Assembly: GCA_951406725.2 (NCBI GenBank) | Contig: OX597821.1 | Coordinates: 10,292,001 to 10,356,000 of the forward strand | Reading direction: 5' to 3' | Source: Octopus vulgaris | Lineage: Eukaryota | Length of the DNA stretch: 64,000 nucleotides | Shown: piece after piece, positions 13,570-25,700 of the stretch | Layout: the number at the start of each line of letters is the position of its first letter | How positions within the stretch are numbered: position 1 is the stretch's first letter | Notes under the pieces: model-generated | What the model was told of the DNA's origin: nothing | Databases searched by the model: none | The model's input: only the letters and a program-made list of their open reading frames with translations | Position numbers and translations under genes: made by a program

Positions 13570-13656
13570 TGCATCTGAAGATTGGTCTGTATTTTAAATT
13601 GATGTAATGATTACATTGTTCAATTAAATGGAGTTGCCTGAAACGATCGTACTGCA
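13570..13656 (+). ncRNA. Hammerhead ribozyme with long stem II
   Basis: TGCAT-CTGAAGA-(58 nt containing a TGTAAT/ATTACA, AATTGA/TCAATT hairpin)-GAAA-CGATCG-TA-CTGCA. Palindromic stem III ACGATCGT, GUA triplet; the first stem I pair is mismatched. Confidence 0.65.
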
Positions 13657-13710
13657 TTACCTCTGGATATCCTTGTTGCCTATTTTGATATATGTATTAT
13701 AATAGATATG

Positions 13711-13759
<49 letters not shown>

Positions 13760-13774
13760 GTATATATATATATG

Positions 13775-13851
<77 letters not shown>

Positions 13852-14509
13852 GTATATATCTATTTGCATATATATATATATATATATATATAAATATGTA
13901 TATGTATATATCTATTTGCATATTAAAAGGAAATTTTTGTTGTTACGTGGAGGTAAATTGGTAGGAACCGTTACGTTTCCGAGTCCATGACATACAACGG
14001 CTGGAGTTTATAGACCGTTCGGAAAAATCTTTGCTCTATATGCAGTTATATACCTTATAATTTATGAGAGAACAGTAGAGAAGATTTGTGCGAATTTTAT
14101 AACAAGTATGACTTTATGTATTCGTCTCGGTTGTCCATTAAATCTGGTTTTCCCTGATGTATGAATTTATTTCCTAGTCGACAAATTCCGTTAAAAGAAT
14201 ACTGTCCTGAAGCCTTTATTAAAATGTTAGCAGATGACCTGGAACACGTATAGATGATATGAATGTCTTAAATAATTTCCTTGCGATGCTACATGAACAG
14301 CTTTTGACTTCAAAATGCAAATTTTGTCTCTCATTTTATCTCTCGGTAGCTATATGGCTTTCTCCTTTTACTTTAGATTGTAGGTAATACTGCATGAATA
14401 TAAATTGTTGTAACACTAAAATTGTCAAGAAGCCTGTCCCGAAAGTATGATCGCCAAAACATCGAGTATTTATAATGTTACACGAAAGGTGTAATATATA
14501 TATATATAT

Positions 14510-14850
14510 AAGGTAAAGACCCCCTTCGGTCATGAATGACCATGGGATTGCACCTAGAAAGTTACCCTCCTAGACACAAGTCCGGGCAAGGTTGTTTTTT
14601 TATGGAAGACCAGCAGTCGCCCATGCATACCAGCCTCCCCTCTCCACGCCACCAGTGTTATCCAAGGGAAAGGCAAAGGGGCCGATACAGCTTGGCACCT
14701 GTGACGTCGCAACTCATTTCTACAGCTGAGTGAACTGGAGCAACGTGAAATAAAGTGCCTTGCTCAAGAACACAACACGCAGCCCGGTCCGGGATTCGAG
14801 CTCACAACCTCACGATCGTAAGCTCGACGCTCTAACCACTGAGCCATGCG
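14510..14850 (-). mobile_element. tRNA-derived SINE, family C
   Basis: Minus-strand head CGCATGGCTCAGTGGTTAGAGCG...GAGCTCGAATCCC (A and B boxes). Second copy at 57031-57340. Confidence 0.88.
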
Positions 14851-16611
14851 ACATATACATAAAGCAAACGGAGAAATTTATGTGTTATGTTTCAACATAC
14901 GTATTATACTTTTGTCAATGTAATATATTAATACCATACATTTAAATTTTCCATTTCGACATTCATACAAATGTTGTTTGTTTTTACACAGGAATCATCT
15001 CACTTATACAGGTCGTAATTTGTGAAAGTAAATTTGCACACAAGCGCACACATACGTATGCATTTTATATGCGTACCTGAGTTTATAAAGCAAACTATAT
15101 GATAAATACATTTTTTTGTATATATATATATTTGAAATGTTACCTATAAACTTATCTCAGATATTATTATTGTGCTAACAAACAAAATTCTTGTTATTTT
15201 TCCAGTATCACAATATTTTAAAACGAAACCTTTTTAATAGCATTTATGGTAATATCTTTTTTCTCACCTTCAAAATGTCAAATGACTTGAAAATATAAAA
15301 CTACTGTAAAATGTCTAAATTGCTTGATTCCACAAAATATTGTGTGACAACAGGTATAAACTGGATGGTATTTTCTTTGTTCCCCATGCTATTTTATCTC
15401 AAAAGATCCATGGCAGTTAATATTTCGTTGAAAAAATACTCAAACAATAAGACGAAAATAATGGCTTAAAGAGGTAATAATAATTGAAAAAGAAATGAAG
15501 TAAAATACGCGTTAAAACAGCTTTGGATTACAACAAGAAACAACAGCGACTGAGACTGTGTACAGTGAAAATTATTAGACACAAAATAAGCAAGAGAAAA
15601 GATCTGAAACATTATATATAAGCCTTATATAAATGAGAAGAATATATTAAGAAACGTAAAGGAAAATTAAACAAAAGCTTAATTTCAAGCATCTGTTGAC
15701 ACCGCAGGCAAGGGTTAAAAATTAATATTTAATTCCTGAAAATATATATGCAATACGTTAATAGCTTTCTGAATTATAGTTTTTCATTCGGAAGCATGTA
15801 TATATGAGTATATAAATATTGATAAGCTGGAGACAGACAGCTGTTCTTATACTTTCTTATGTTTGAAATTTACTATCCTCCGTCTGTTAAACTGTATCGT
15901 CGTGAGCTGAAGTCTCTAAGCTAAGATATAGTGTTTAACAGTCCATTTTACTTAGACTATCATGAATCTATTTGTAATGCTCCCGTATATATACATTTTT
16001 TTCCGTAAATATATGATTATCACTGTTAGAACAACCATTCTATTCTAGTATACAGTTTCATATTTTATTACATCAATAAAAACGACGCAATTGTTTTTAT
16101 ATTAGTACAGCATGAGACAAACCTATTAGAACGATTAATTGTACATCAGGGAATATTGGGTGGATGCCAGTCAACGTATACAAATCAACATTATGTTTGA
16201 AATTAAAGATAGCTCTATTTTTATATAATTTATTACCCAGTCAGGAATAAAGTGACCAAATTACACTATTGTGCGCTTCACTAAGTAAAAATTATATAAA
16301 CTTAATTAACTATTTCCCACTCCCTAATATTGAACACACACATAATTAGTCAATAAATCATGATTCGAAACACGCATCGAATCGAAACAGGGGGAACTGA
16401 AGAAGGGGAATACTCCTTGCGTTGGTTGTCTTGTACTCTGCTTTTTCGTTGTTAAAAAAATGTCCGTTTCCTTGTTTGGTTTTATGCTTTTGTTTCTCGT
16501 TGTGTTCTACGTTTATTTGTGGTGTCCTGTACTCATATATTCATGTATATATACATATAGATGCAGGTATGTACATATATGTATGTATGCATGTGTTTCA
16601 TTTATTAAATT

Positions 16612-16645
<34 letters not shown>

Positions 16646-17373
16646 GGATCAAATGATTCAAGTGAAAATATTTGCGAAGAAATTATTGACTTTGTTATTA
16701 TCTAGTGTAAGAATTTAAAATGAGAAATATTAGATTTCTAAATATCTCAGAGAGATATGATTGGTGGTGGAACGACAGAGCGGCTGTATACTGTCAACTT
16801 AACGTGACAGTCCCATAAAGGGAATCACACCACCGCTATTTAGCCCTAGGAGGCATCGACGCTTCCTGTAGGCTTTGACACATTTCCTGTACCCTTATGT
16901 TTACGAAGGGGAGACAAGCACCCCCAACAGCTAGGCCTGCATCCAGAGACATGCATTTAAAATGATAATAACAGCATAAATAATATAAAGAACAAATCAG
17001 TTACAGCGCAGACTTGGGGTTTTTCATCATGTTAACAAGAGCTAGGTGGACCACTCTAGAAACTGGTCCACGTGAGTTCAAGTACCTGAATGTATGTAGA
17101 AAGGTTGTCTTGACTTTTCTGTTCACAGAGGATTGATTCCTATAGTTATTATCTGTGGTTGGCGGGAGAAACTGACTTTCGGCGATTCAAATATGAGTTT
17201 TGACTGTTATTTCTAGCAGGTTGACATAATTAATACGTTCTTTGATTAATTTGATTAATTCAGCTATTAATTGCATTTTGAGCCAGCATATTATCCATCA
17301 GCTACATATAAACACACAAACACAAACACACACATACACACTCACACAAATATTAATATATATATATATATAA

Positions 17374-18014
17374 ATATATACCAATTAAGGACTGAACACG
17401 AAAAGTGGACAGTCAACATGCTAGATATAGACGTCAAATCGCCATTCTCCACAAAAAGTCTATGTTCTCAGTGCAGCCATCATCAGCATGGTCCCATATA
17501 AAATATAATTTGCTGTACTAAATGTCAACACGATATCGAAATATCGCGTGCATGGAGTACGGCCTATTACATTTGAAATATATATTTCAATGTCTTTACT
17601 TTTGGCGCGATGAGACCCGAGAAAACTGCTGCTAACTATTAGCTGCAGGCTAGTTTTCTCGGGTCTCATCGCGCCAAAAGTAAAGACATTTGAAATATAT
17701 ATTTCAAATGTAATAGGCCGTACTCCATGCACGCGATATTTCGATATCATGTTGGCATTTACTACAGCAAATTATTTTTTATATGGGACCATGCTGATGA
17801 TGGCTGCACTTTTCCTTGCGGAAAATAACAGCCGAAACTAAATTTAGTACATGGGTAAATATTTATTTCGTATATTTTTCACTTGTTTATTGCTTTGGTT
17901 TTGTGTTGAGTTTGATCTGAGAACATAGACTTTTTGTGGAGAATGGCGATTTGACGTCTATATCTAGCATGTTGACTGTCCACTTTTCGTGTTCAGTCCT
18001 TAATTGGTATATAT
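17374..18014. repeat. 640-bp fold-back palindrome with one internally deleted arm
   Basis: 17374-17471 pairs with 17917-18014, and 17470-17627 pairs with 17652-17810. The segment 17811-17916 has no partner. Confidence 0.95.
17789..17854 (+). ncRNA. Minimal type-I hammerhead ribozyme (best example in the window)
   Basis: CCATG-CTGATGA-T-GGCTG...CAGCC-GAAA-CTAAATTTAG-TA-CATGG. Stems I and II are each 5 bp, loop II has an extra TTTTCC/GGAAAA hairpin, and stem III is the 12-nt palindrome ACTAAATTTAGT. Predicted cut after A17849 (GUA). Confidence 0.85.
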
Positions 18015-18184
18015 AAATATTTTAATCTTCGGATTCTTTAATATGCTAGACCACTGGTTCTAATTGATAAATATTAATTTTATATATAAATATATATATA
18101 GTGAATATAAATTTGTGTCCAATTTATTACGGTGAATTTTCTACGCTTACAATGTTAGCCTATAAAGGTATTTTCTTTATATGT

Positions 18185-18240
<56 letters not shown>

Positions 18241-18693
18241 TGGGTACAGGACGTCAAAAAACGTAAACAACATGAAGTGCGAAGACAAACTACGTACGCG
18301 AACAACAAGGGAAACAAGATAAGTAACATAAAGAACGAACCTTCATCAATGATCATCTTTCTTTTCGTTCAGTCTATCTTACAGACCAAACACATTCTTA
18401 TCTGTCTCTTCATCCATCTTTTCTCTTGTCAAAGACAATATTCCTCCAGCGACCGATACCTGACGTAGTCTGGCATAACGGCCCTCTATCCTTCTTTTAG
18501 TTTGGTTTGTTCTGCCTCTCCACTGTCCTGTTTTTGTTACCTCTGCAATTCCCAAATTTTATCGAGAACTTTATGGATGGCCCACAACTGATGAAAGGTC
18601 GTTCTTCCTGTTAGTTGGCATGATTTCCATTTGATTCTCTCATTGTACGCATTCCAAATTTTCTCTTCGTATTTCATGTATATATATATATAT

Positions 18694-18750
<57 letters not shown>

Positions 18751-18887
18751 TATATGGGTACATATATATATGCATATATGTATGTATGTACATATATGTA
18801 TGTATATATCCATATATATATGTATATATTCATATATATTTTATTTATGTTATCATATGATTGAACGCCAAGGCTCCCTCTCTCTCA

Positions 18888-18920
<33 letters not shown>

Positions 18921-19091
18921 AATATATATATAAAAAATATATATATATGTATATATGTATATATATATATATATACACATATATATGTATACTTATATTT
19001 ATATATGTAAGTATATATGTGTATATATATATATATATACTTATATACATCTATACATGCATATATATATATATGCATATATATACATATG

Positions 19092-19179
<88 letters not shown>

Positions 19180-19312
19180 CTATTTATTGTTTATGTATTC
19201 TATTGATATTCAGATTAATATTTTCTATAGTACATTTAACTTTTTCTATATGGTGTGAATAACGTCTTTCCCTATTGAATAGTTTAATAGAGGTTTTTCT
19301 CTAAAGTTTATG

Positions 19313-19376
<64 letters not shown>

Positions 19377-19391
19377 CATATATATGCATAC

Positions 19392-19422
<31 letters not shown>

Positions 19423-19556
19423 TATTTATGCATATATATATATTTATATATATAAATATATATATATTCATATATATACGTTTTATAGTTTGAAAATATA
19501 TTGAAATGATTTTAATACAAAATATTTCATATTTCACTGTTAATATGAAGTTGTCT

Positions 19557-19766
19557 GAAGGCAGTGAGCATACACCATCGTTTGTATGCCGGGCAAATGC
19601 TCAGCGACATTTCTTTCGTCGTTACATTCTGAGTTACAATTCCGGCAACGTTTAATCTGGCTTTGTGCCGTTAAGCGTCGATGATATAATATCAGTTGTG
19701 GACGGGCATCAGTATCATCTTACCCCGTAACCGAAAATTGCTTGTCTTATGCCAAAATTTGAATTC
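19557..19766 (+). mobile_element. Old diverged SINE family A copy
   Basis: GAAGGCAGTGAG...GCCGGGCAAATGCTCAGCG...TTCTGAGTTACAATTCC, collinear with the younger copies. Confidence 0.6.
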
Positions 19767-21627
19767 AATATGAAGATGTATCTTGTCAAATATTTCTGTT
19801 AACTATTCGTCCTTACAGATTTATCAGAATACTGTTTATGTGTGTAAAAGTTACTGTGCCGTATTGTTTTACAAGAGCAGGAATAGTAGCATGCATATAT
19901 GTATGTGTACACACAAAAGTGAATAAAAATGGAGTAATGAATTCCGATTTATGTGAGTGTGTGTATGTGCATATATGTGTATGAGTTTGCGCGCATGTTT
20001 GTGTGTGTATGTGTGTGTATAAACACGTGTATAAGTTCTAGCAAACACATGCGTGCATACGAATGTATATGTTATAAGAAACATGCTATTGTACCATAAT
20101 AAATCTGAAATGCATGTTCCGCACAGGAATGCAATTAAATCCTTCAAACATTCTCGATGAAAACAAAACATTTCCCGTTGTTGTCGAAGTTTCTAACAAA
20201 CTTTTCAGCAATTAGTATTAAGTGTTTCTACTTTTTTATTCTAATTTTATTTTACAATTAGCATATGAATAATTTCAATAATGAATTACAATATCTTTCG
20301 TTTACCCTATCTGTTAACTAACTCTCAATATATCTATGTTTGTACGTTGAAGAACGTACAACGTGGATTTTGAGAACGCTTGTTCCGCTTTCTGTCATTT
20401 CTGAGTTCTGTGTTCGGATTTCTGAAAATGTTTATCTGCTTTCTATCATTTCTGAGTTGTGTTTCGTGTAGTGTGCAACTACTCTAAGCATCCTGGTAGC
20501 TGTGTCACCCTTATTGCTGCTCTTGGTTATTATGAAATATCATTCCTTCCGCACCGAAAATTTCATAATACATATAATCTCACCTACACCACTTAGTAAT
20601 ATTTTCTAGCACTTTCACTATCAGTAACCCTGAAACTCTAATTACCTTCCTTCTCTCTCTATTCAGTGTTACATACTGTTTTGGTAAACTCTTTTTAACA
20701 TATAATTGCCGTATGTTCCCATTAACTTAACTTCCTCTCTAACTCAGACACGAGTGTAATAAAGCTACCAAAATAAATGTAATATGTAGGACGAAAAGCA
20801 ACGTGATATAAATACATTGTGAACTAAAACATTGGCCAACGAATCTTATTGCCTCTTCCCCCCCCCACCATTAACATACTCACTAACCCCGCTGAAGCTG
20901 TAAATATTTGGAATGCCCTACCCACAGACTAACCTCATAATGTCATCGCAGTTTTGTTGCTTCTCTCATTACAAGTCTGTTTGCTATCAAGTTCGACTGC
21001 CCACTGTGATAAAGCACTACTTATATATTGTTGTGGAATATTATATATCACCTGATGGCAACATTTTATTCTATCTTATGAAGTAGTATACTCACTGACC
21101 TATTAAAGAAATCCGCTGGAAACGTGTAATGAATTGACGCGTATCCATCATTCCCCAATGCATTTATGTGTTCATTGAACTCCTCATTGAAATCACGACC
21201 TGTCTGATATTCTTGAGTATAACAAATAAGGTACGACTCACACAACGTGCAGATTGGGATTAGCATTAGGCTATTAAAATATACATAAGGGTTAAATTCT
21301 CTGTAGACATATGTACGTAGGTACCCGCGATATATATTCGATTAAAGGTGCTGTTTACAAGCTGATTTCGCCCCACCTAGTGCATATCATTTAAATATTT
21401 GATGATTCTGAATCCTATATATATATATATATATGTATAATAGAAATACGTTACAAAAAGAAAATAGAAACTACACGTTGAAATGTAAGGGGAAAGTAAG
21501 AAAAATCAACGAAAATGCACATTGTAAATTAAAAAATAAAAGGCTTTTTATGAAAGGCAATGACAGATATATACAATTAGATGAACTGAGGTAGTAATAA
21601 AAGTAATAAAAGTCATTATTATGAGAT

Positions 21628-21667
21628 TATGAAAGAGTTTCCAGCATACCGTGGTTTCGTCAGATAC
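21628..21667 (-). ncRNA. Degenerate hammerhead motif in the PLE tail
   Basis: TAT-CTGACGA-AACCACGGTATGCTG-GAAA-CTCTT-TC-ATA. The core is intact but stems II and III are decayed. Confidence 0.4.
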
Positions 21668-21840
21668 TATTCATTGCTTTGAATGAACACCGGCTAATGA
21701 ACGGTGTCAGGTCTAATAGTTCCTGAGTAAAAAGATTATTTGTAAGGAGGTAAGTAGTTCTGGATTTTGTGCAGTTAGGTTAGATACAGAATTGTAATGT
21801 GAATGGTGCAAGGGATGTATGGGGGTTAGTGGTATTAATT

Positions 21841-22072
21841 AAGGCGGCGAGCTGGCAGAAACGTTAACACGCCGGGCGAGATGCTTAGTGGTATTTCGTC
21901 TGCCGTTACGTTGTGAGTTCAAATTCCCCGAGGTCGACTTTGCCTTTCATCCTATCGAGGTCGATAAATTAAGTACCAGTTACGCACTGGGGTCGGTGTA
22001 GTCGACTTAATACGTATGTCTGTCCTTGTTTGTCCCCTCTATGTTTAGCCCATCGTGGGTAATAAAGAAATA
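21841..22072 (+). mobile_element. SINE family A inserted in the PLE tail
   Basis: Full head AAGGCGGCGAGCTGGCAGAAACG. TSD GGTATTAATT at 21831-21840 and 22073-22082. Confidence 0.92.
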
Positions 22073-22743
22073 GGTATTAATTGAAGGGATAGTAGTGTTC
22101 TGTATTATGTTAAGTGTTCATATTTAGTTGCGGAAGATGTTTACTGATGAAAATTGCCTCTTTATTCAATCTTTGTTGCACTGAGGTGTTCTGTGAACAT
22201 TGATAGAAGTGGAAAATTTGGAAATTAGGATTAAGATTCTTAGCACACCTTTCTATGTGTTCACTAACTTGTAACTGTCTGTACTGTGGGTAGCGATATT
22301 TGTTCTTTGTGGATAGTGGTTCTTCGACGGAGTGATATTCCTATTTGCTCAATATAGTGGTTACCACATATAAGCATATCTCTTTTATGTACACTTTTTT
22401 ATGTACATTCCTTTATGTACACTGATTTGTTCTGCTTTTTATATTTAACCCTACAGTCTCTTATGTGGTGTTTTAATAAAGTATGTGATTGAGCATTATC
22501 TGGTAATTGATATTTGATTTAGATGTATTTCTCCATTTTCCTATCTTGTATTAGTAATTTGTGGTAAATCATTTTACCTTTGCCCATATAATACAGTAAA
22601 TGAATTGATTGCATCGCAATCATTAACATTTATGTATTAACTTTGTTGGGTACTTCACTAGCAGTATATTGGATATATGTTATCCCATGGAGGGTTGCAT
22701 GTACAACCCCTATCTCAATTTGTATATATATATATAAATATAC

Positions 22744-22785
<42 letters not shown>

Positions 22786-25700
22786 ATGTCTGTGTATGTG
22801 CGTTTGTATGTATATGTATATACATCTTTAAGTTTTCTCCTCTCATTCTATATAATAATGTAGATTTTCGAAATTTTATTTTTTAGTTGATTAATTAAGA
22901 TATTTTGAATATTTCTAGTGGAAATGCTTTTAGTTAGTGTAAAATACATCATTGTGTTTAATATCAATTACAAATTACGAATATCTTCATTAGACTGAAT
23001 TATTATGTATATAAGTACATTCATTGAAATTATTAATTGATGATAATAATAACATTAATGAAAATAATAAATGAAAAGTATTTTTTTAACTTACTAACTA
23101 GACTTTGTAACAACTACAATAATAATTTTAGTATTGTATAGTTTATATTTTGTATTCTTATTGCAACATTCTAATTTTGTTACTTACGAAAGAATAATAA
23201 AATTTAGATATTTGCAATTTATAATCTTTACTGTGTTCTGTATTCCATAATATACGTATATAGGAACAGTTGGTTGTTAGTTACTGTGAATAATCCTTAT
23301 TTAAATAACTTCAAATTTTGTTACTTCTGAAATACTAGTAATATTTTGATATCCATTATTATAGCTTAACCCTCTACATATTTTGGGTAATATACGTTGT
23401 AGTTATTATAGATCTAAGTTTATCTTCATATTTAATACGATATTCTCTCTCCCATAAACTATGTAAATAAAGAATATGTTTTGTTAGTAACTTTAAACAA
23501 ATTTTATATCAATAACATTAAATAAATGTAAAGATTCGTTATATATTATCAATATAATGCATATATTTTATATTTATTTAGAAGTTTTAATACCATACTA
23601 GATTAAGACGTTGATACTTACTTTATATACTTATACATTCTTGTTGTATTTTATTAAAATAGACAAAGATTGCCTTCGACCTAAACGACTTTGGATTAAT
23701 ATCATTTGAGATATACATAAATATATTTCGATAGTTGTAGATTCTATTCACTAAATTAAGTTGTGCATTATATTTTTGTTCTTTTTAATTGTAATTGAAA
23801 TGTAGCTGACAATTTAATGCTCACATTCCTAAACATATGTATTTTAATTAATTTTGTTTTACAATCCAGCCGTCCTTTCACACGGAATTTCGTCTGTCTT
23901 TTCTGAAAAGATTTATATAAATGGATGTCAAGTGTTTATAAATCAAATAATGTATATTAGTCGAAACAAATTGAGGGCTTCTTGTATTTTTATTACATTT
24001 AATTATGTTGTATTCATAGTATATTATGTTATAGTATAAATGTACACTGTAAGAGTGTTCGCAAGGCGATTTCACCACCTTCTGCATATTATGTAATCAT
24101 GGCTGGTGACACTACCGTGTGTGCAACGTTTGCCCTGAACCACAAATGAACCATTTATTTAATAATTCCGCTTACATGTTTTCGGGAAATTATCCATTGC
24201 TACCTGCACGAATGTCCTGCAGAAAATACAAGTCTACATTTTAAATTTCAGTTACCCAAAGTTCTGGTTTTGTGAAGGATTAATTCTACCATAAAAGAAC
24301 AGGAATGGTCAACATCTTGATTAGATTCCACAACTTCTATTCACCAAATATTCTCTGCGTGGTTTTGAACAAAAGGAACATATGTCACGTAATAATGATC
24401 AGAATGTTTACGTTGTATATATTAGAGGTGAATCTTCGTAGATTCTAATAGATATCTTAATGTGAGAAACGTCAGATAATTTCAATTAATTGAGGACATA
24501 TTACTCAATTGTTACAGGATAACACATGTAGCTCAGTAAGGTTTCGAGCTTTGTTCATTGATTATATGTTATTCCATTATTCATCAAATCTGTAACAATG
24601 TATGTATGCATTGCGAAATATTTCAATATAATATATGGTAGTATGAATATTTATTGTGCCGTGTCGTTTTTGAGATATTAACGATAATTTCCTACTTTTC
24701 GGAAGGTCCATTTCCAAAATATTAAATAGTGAAAAATTATCATATTATGAGAATTTCTAAAGTTCTATCTTCAACAAAAAATGACACTCTAGCCGTATAA
24801 ATGCGATAGATTAACTTGTGATGACAGGAAAACGTAGCAAGTAAACTAATATTCTAGTCTTTCAAAAGCTACGTATGACACATAATTATTATTGGCATCT
24901 TACACTAGAAATTCTTTTATTTTTTTCCTATTCTTTAAAATGAATTGAGATTCATATTTCAAAAATTTCAACCAAATGTTGGAAATATATAGATATCAAA
25001 CCAAAAGAAAAAAATGGAATTTCCAGCTAAATGATTTCCAACAATAGCTTGAAGACAGTGAAGAAACTCAGACAGTCATAAAAGAATTTAAAGAAAACCA
25101 AAACAGTAAGATGAAATATATTTACGTTGTATTTTGCATAATTCTATAGCTGAACATTCTTTACAGCAAAAGACGTATGATAAAACACGTCACTCTACAC
25201 TGTTCAGTTTGTTCTAAATTACATCATATCTGTTTTTAAAAAATGAAGGAAAGTGTATGCAACAATGTATCGATAAATGTATGAAAGTAATGAAAGTTTC
25301 CATCAATGAATAATAATGTTTGACTCTAAATTGCAGCTGAAAAACATTGAAAGAGGGTCATGATTATTCAATCGTCTCCAATAATTTTTAGCTCCAAAAC
25401 AGAATGAAAAATACAAAGCTTGTCTGAATTTGAACTACATTCAGAAGTGTGATGGACTGCATGCTTATACTAGATATTATGAAGGTAATTTCGGATTTTC
25501 GTCATCTGTCGTAGAGATTCGTAAAATACATAGTTTGTTAGAGCGTTGGATAGAAATTTTATAATTATTAGGGTTCTCTTTGCGTTGATTCATAACACTA
25601 GCAATATATTCAAACCAAGATCTCCAAGACAGTAGAAAAGTTAGTAATAACCTACAATTCTCATAAAATTAACAAGATATGTGTTCAAACTTCGCCTGCT

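Larger units (their letters stand above)
21430..22720 (-). mobile_element. PLE 3' end (GIY-YIG endonuclease plus tail), interrupted by a SINE
   Basis: Minus strand about 22120-22300 reads IRYPQYRQLQVSEHIERCAKNLNPNFQIFHFYQCSQNTSVQQRLNKEAIFISKHLPQLN, homologous to the C-terminus of the 53044-53496 ORF. (TA)n on both sides. Confidence 0.85.

Noticed and set aside
14770-14850. tRNA-like sequence, also at other SINE heads
   Set aside because: It continues into a repeated SINE body and lacks a proper acceptor stem, so it is not a tRNA gene.
21066-21266. QTGRDFNEEFNEHINAL, a GIY-YIG-like fragment
   Set aside because: Plausible PLE debris, but the flanking motifs are missing.
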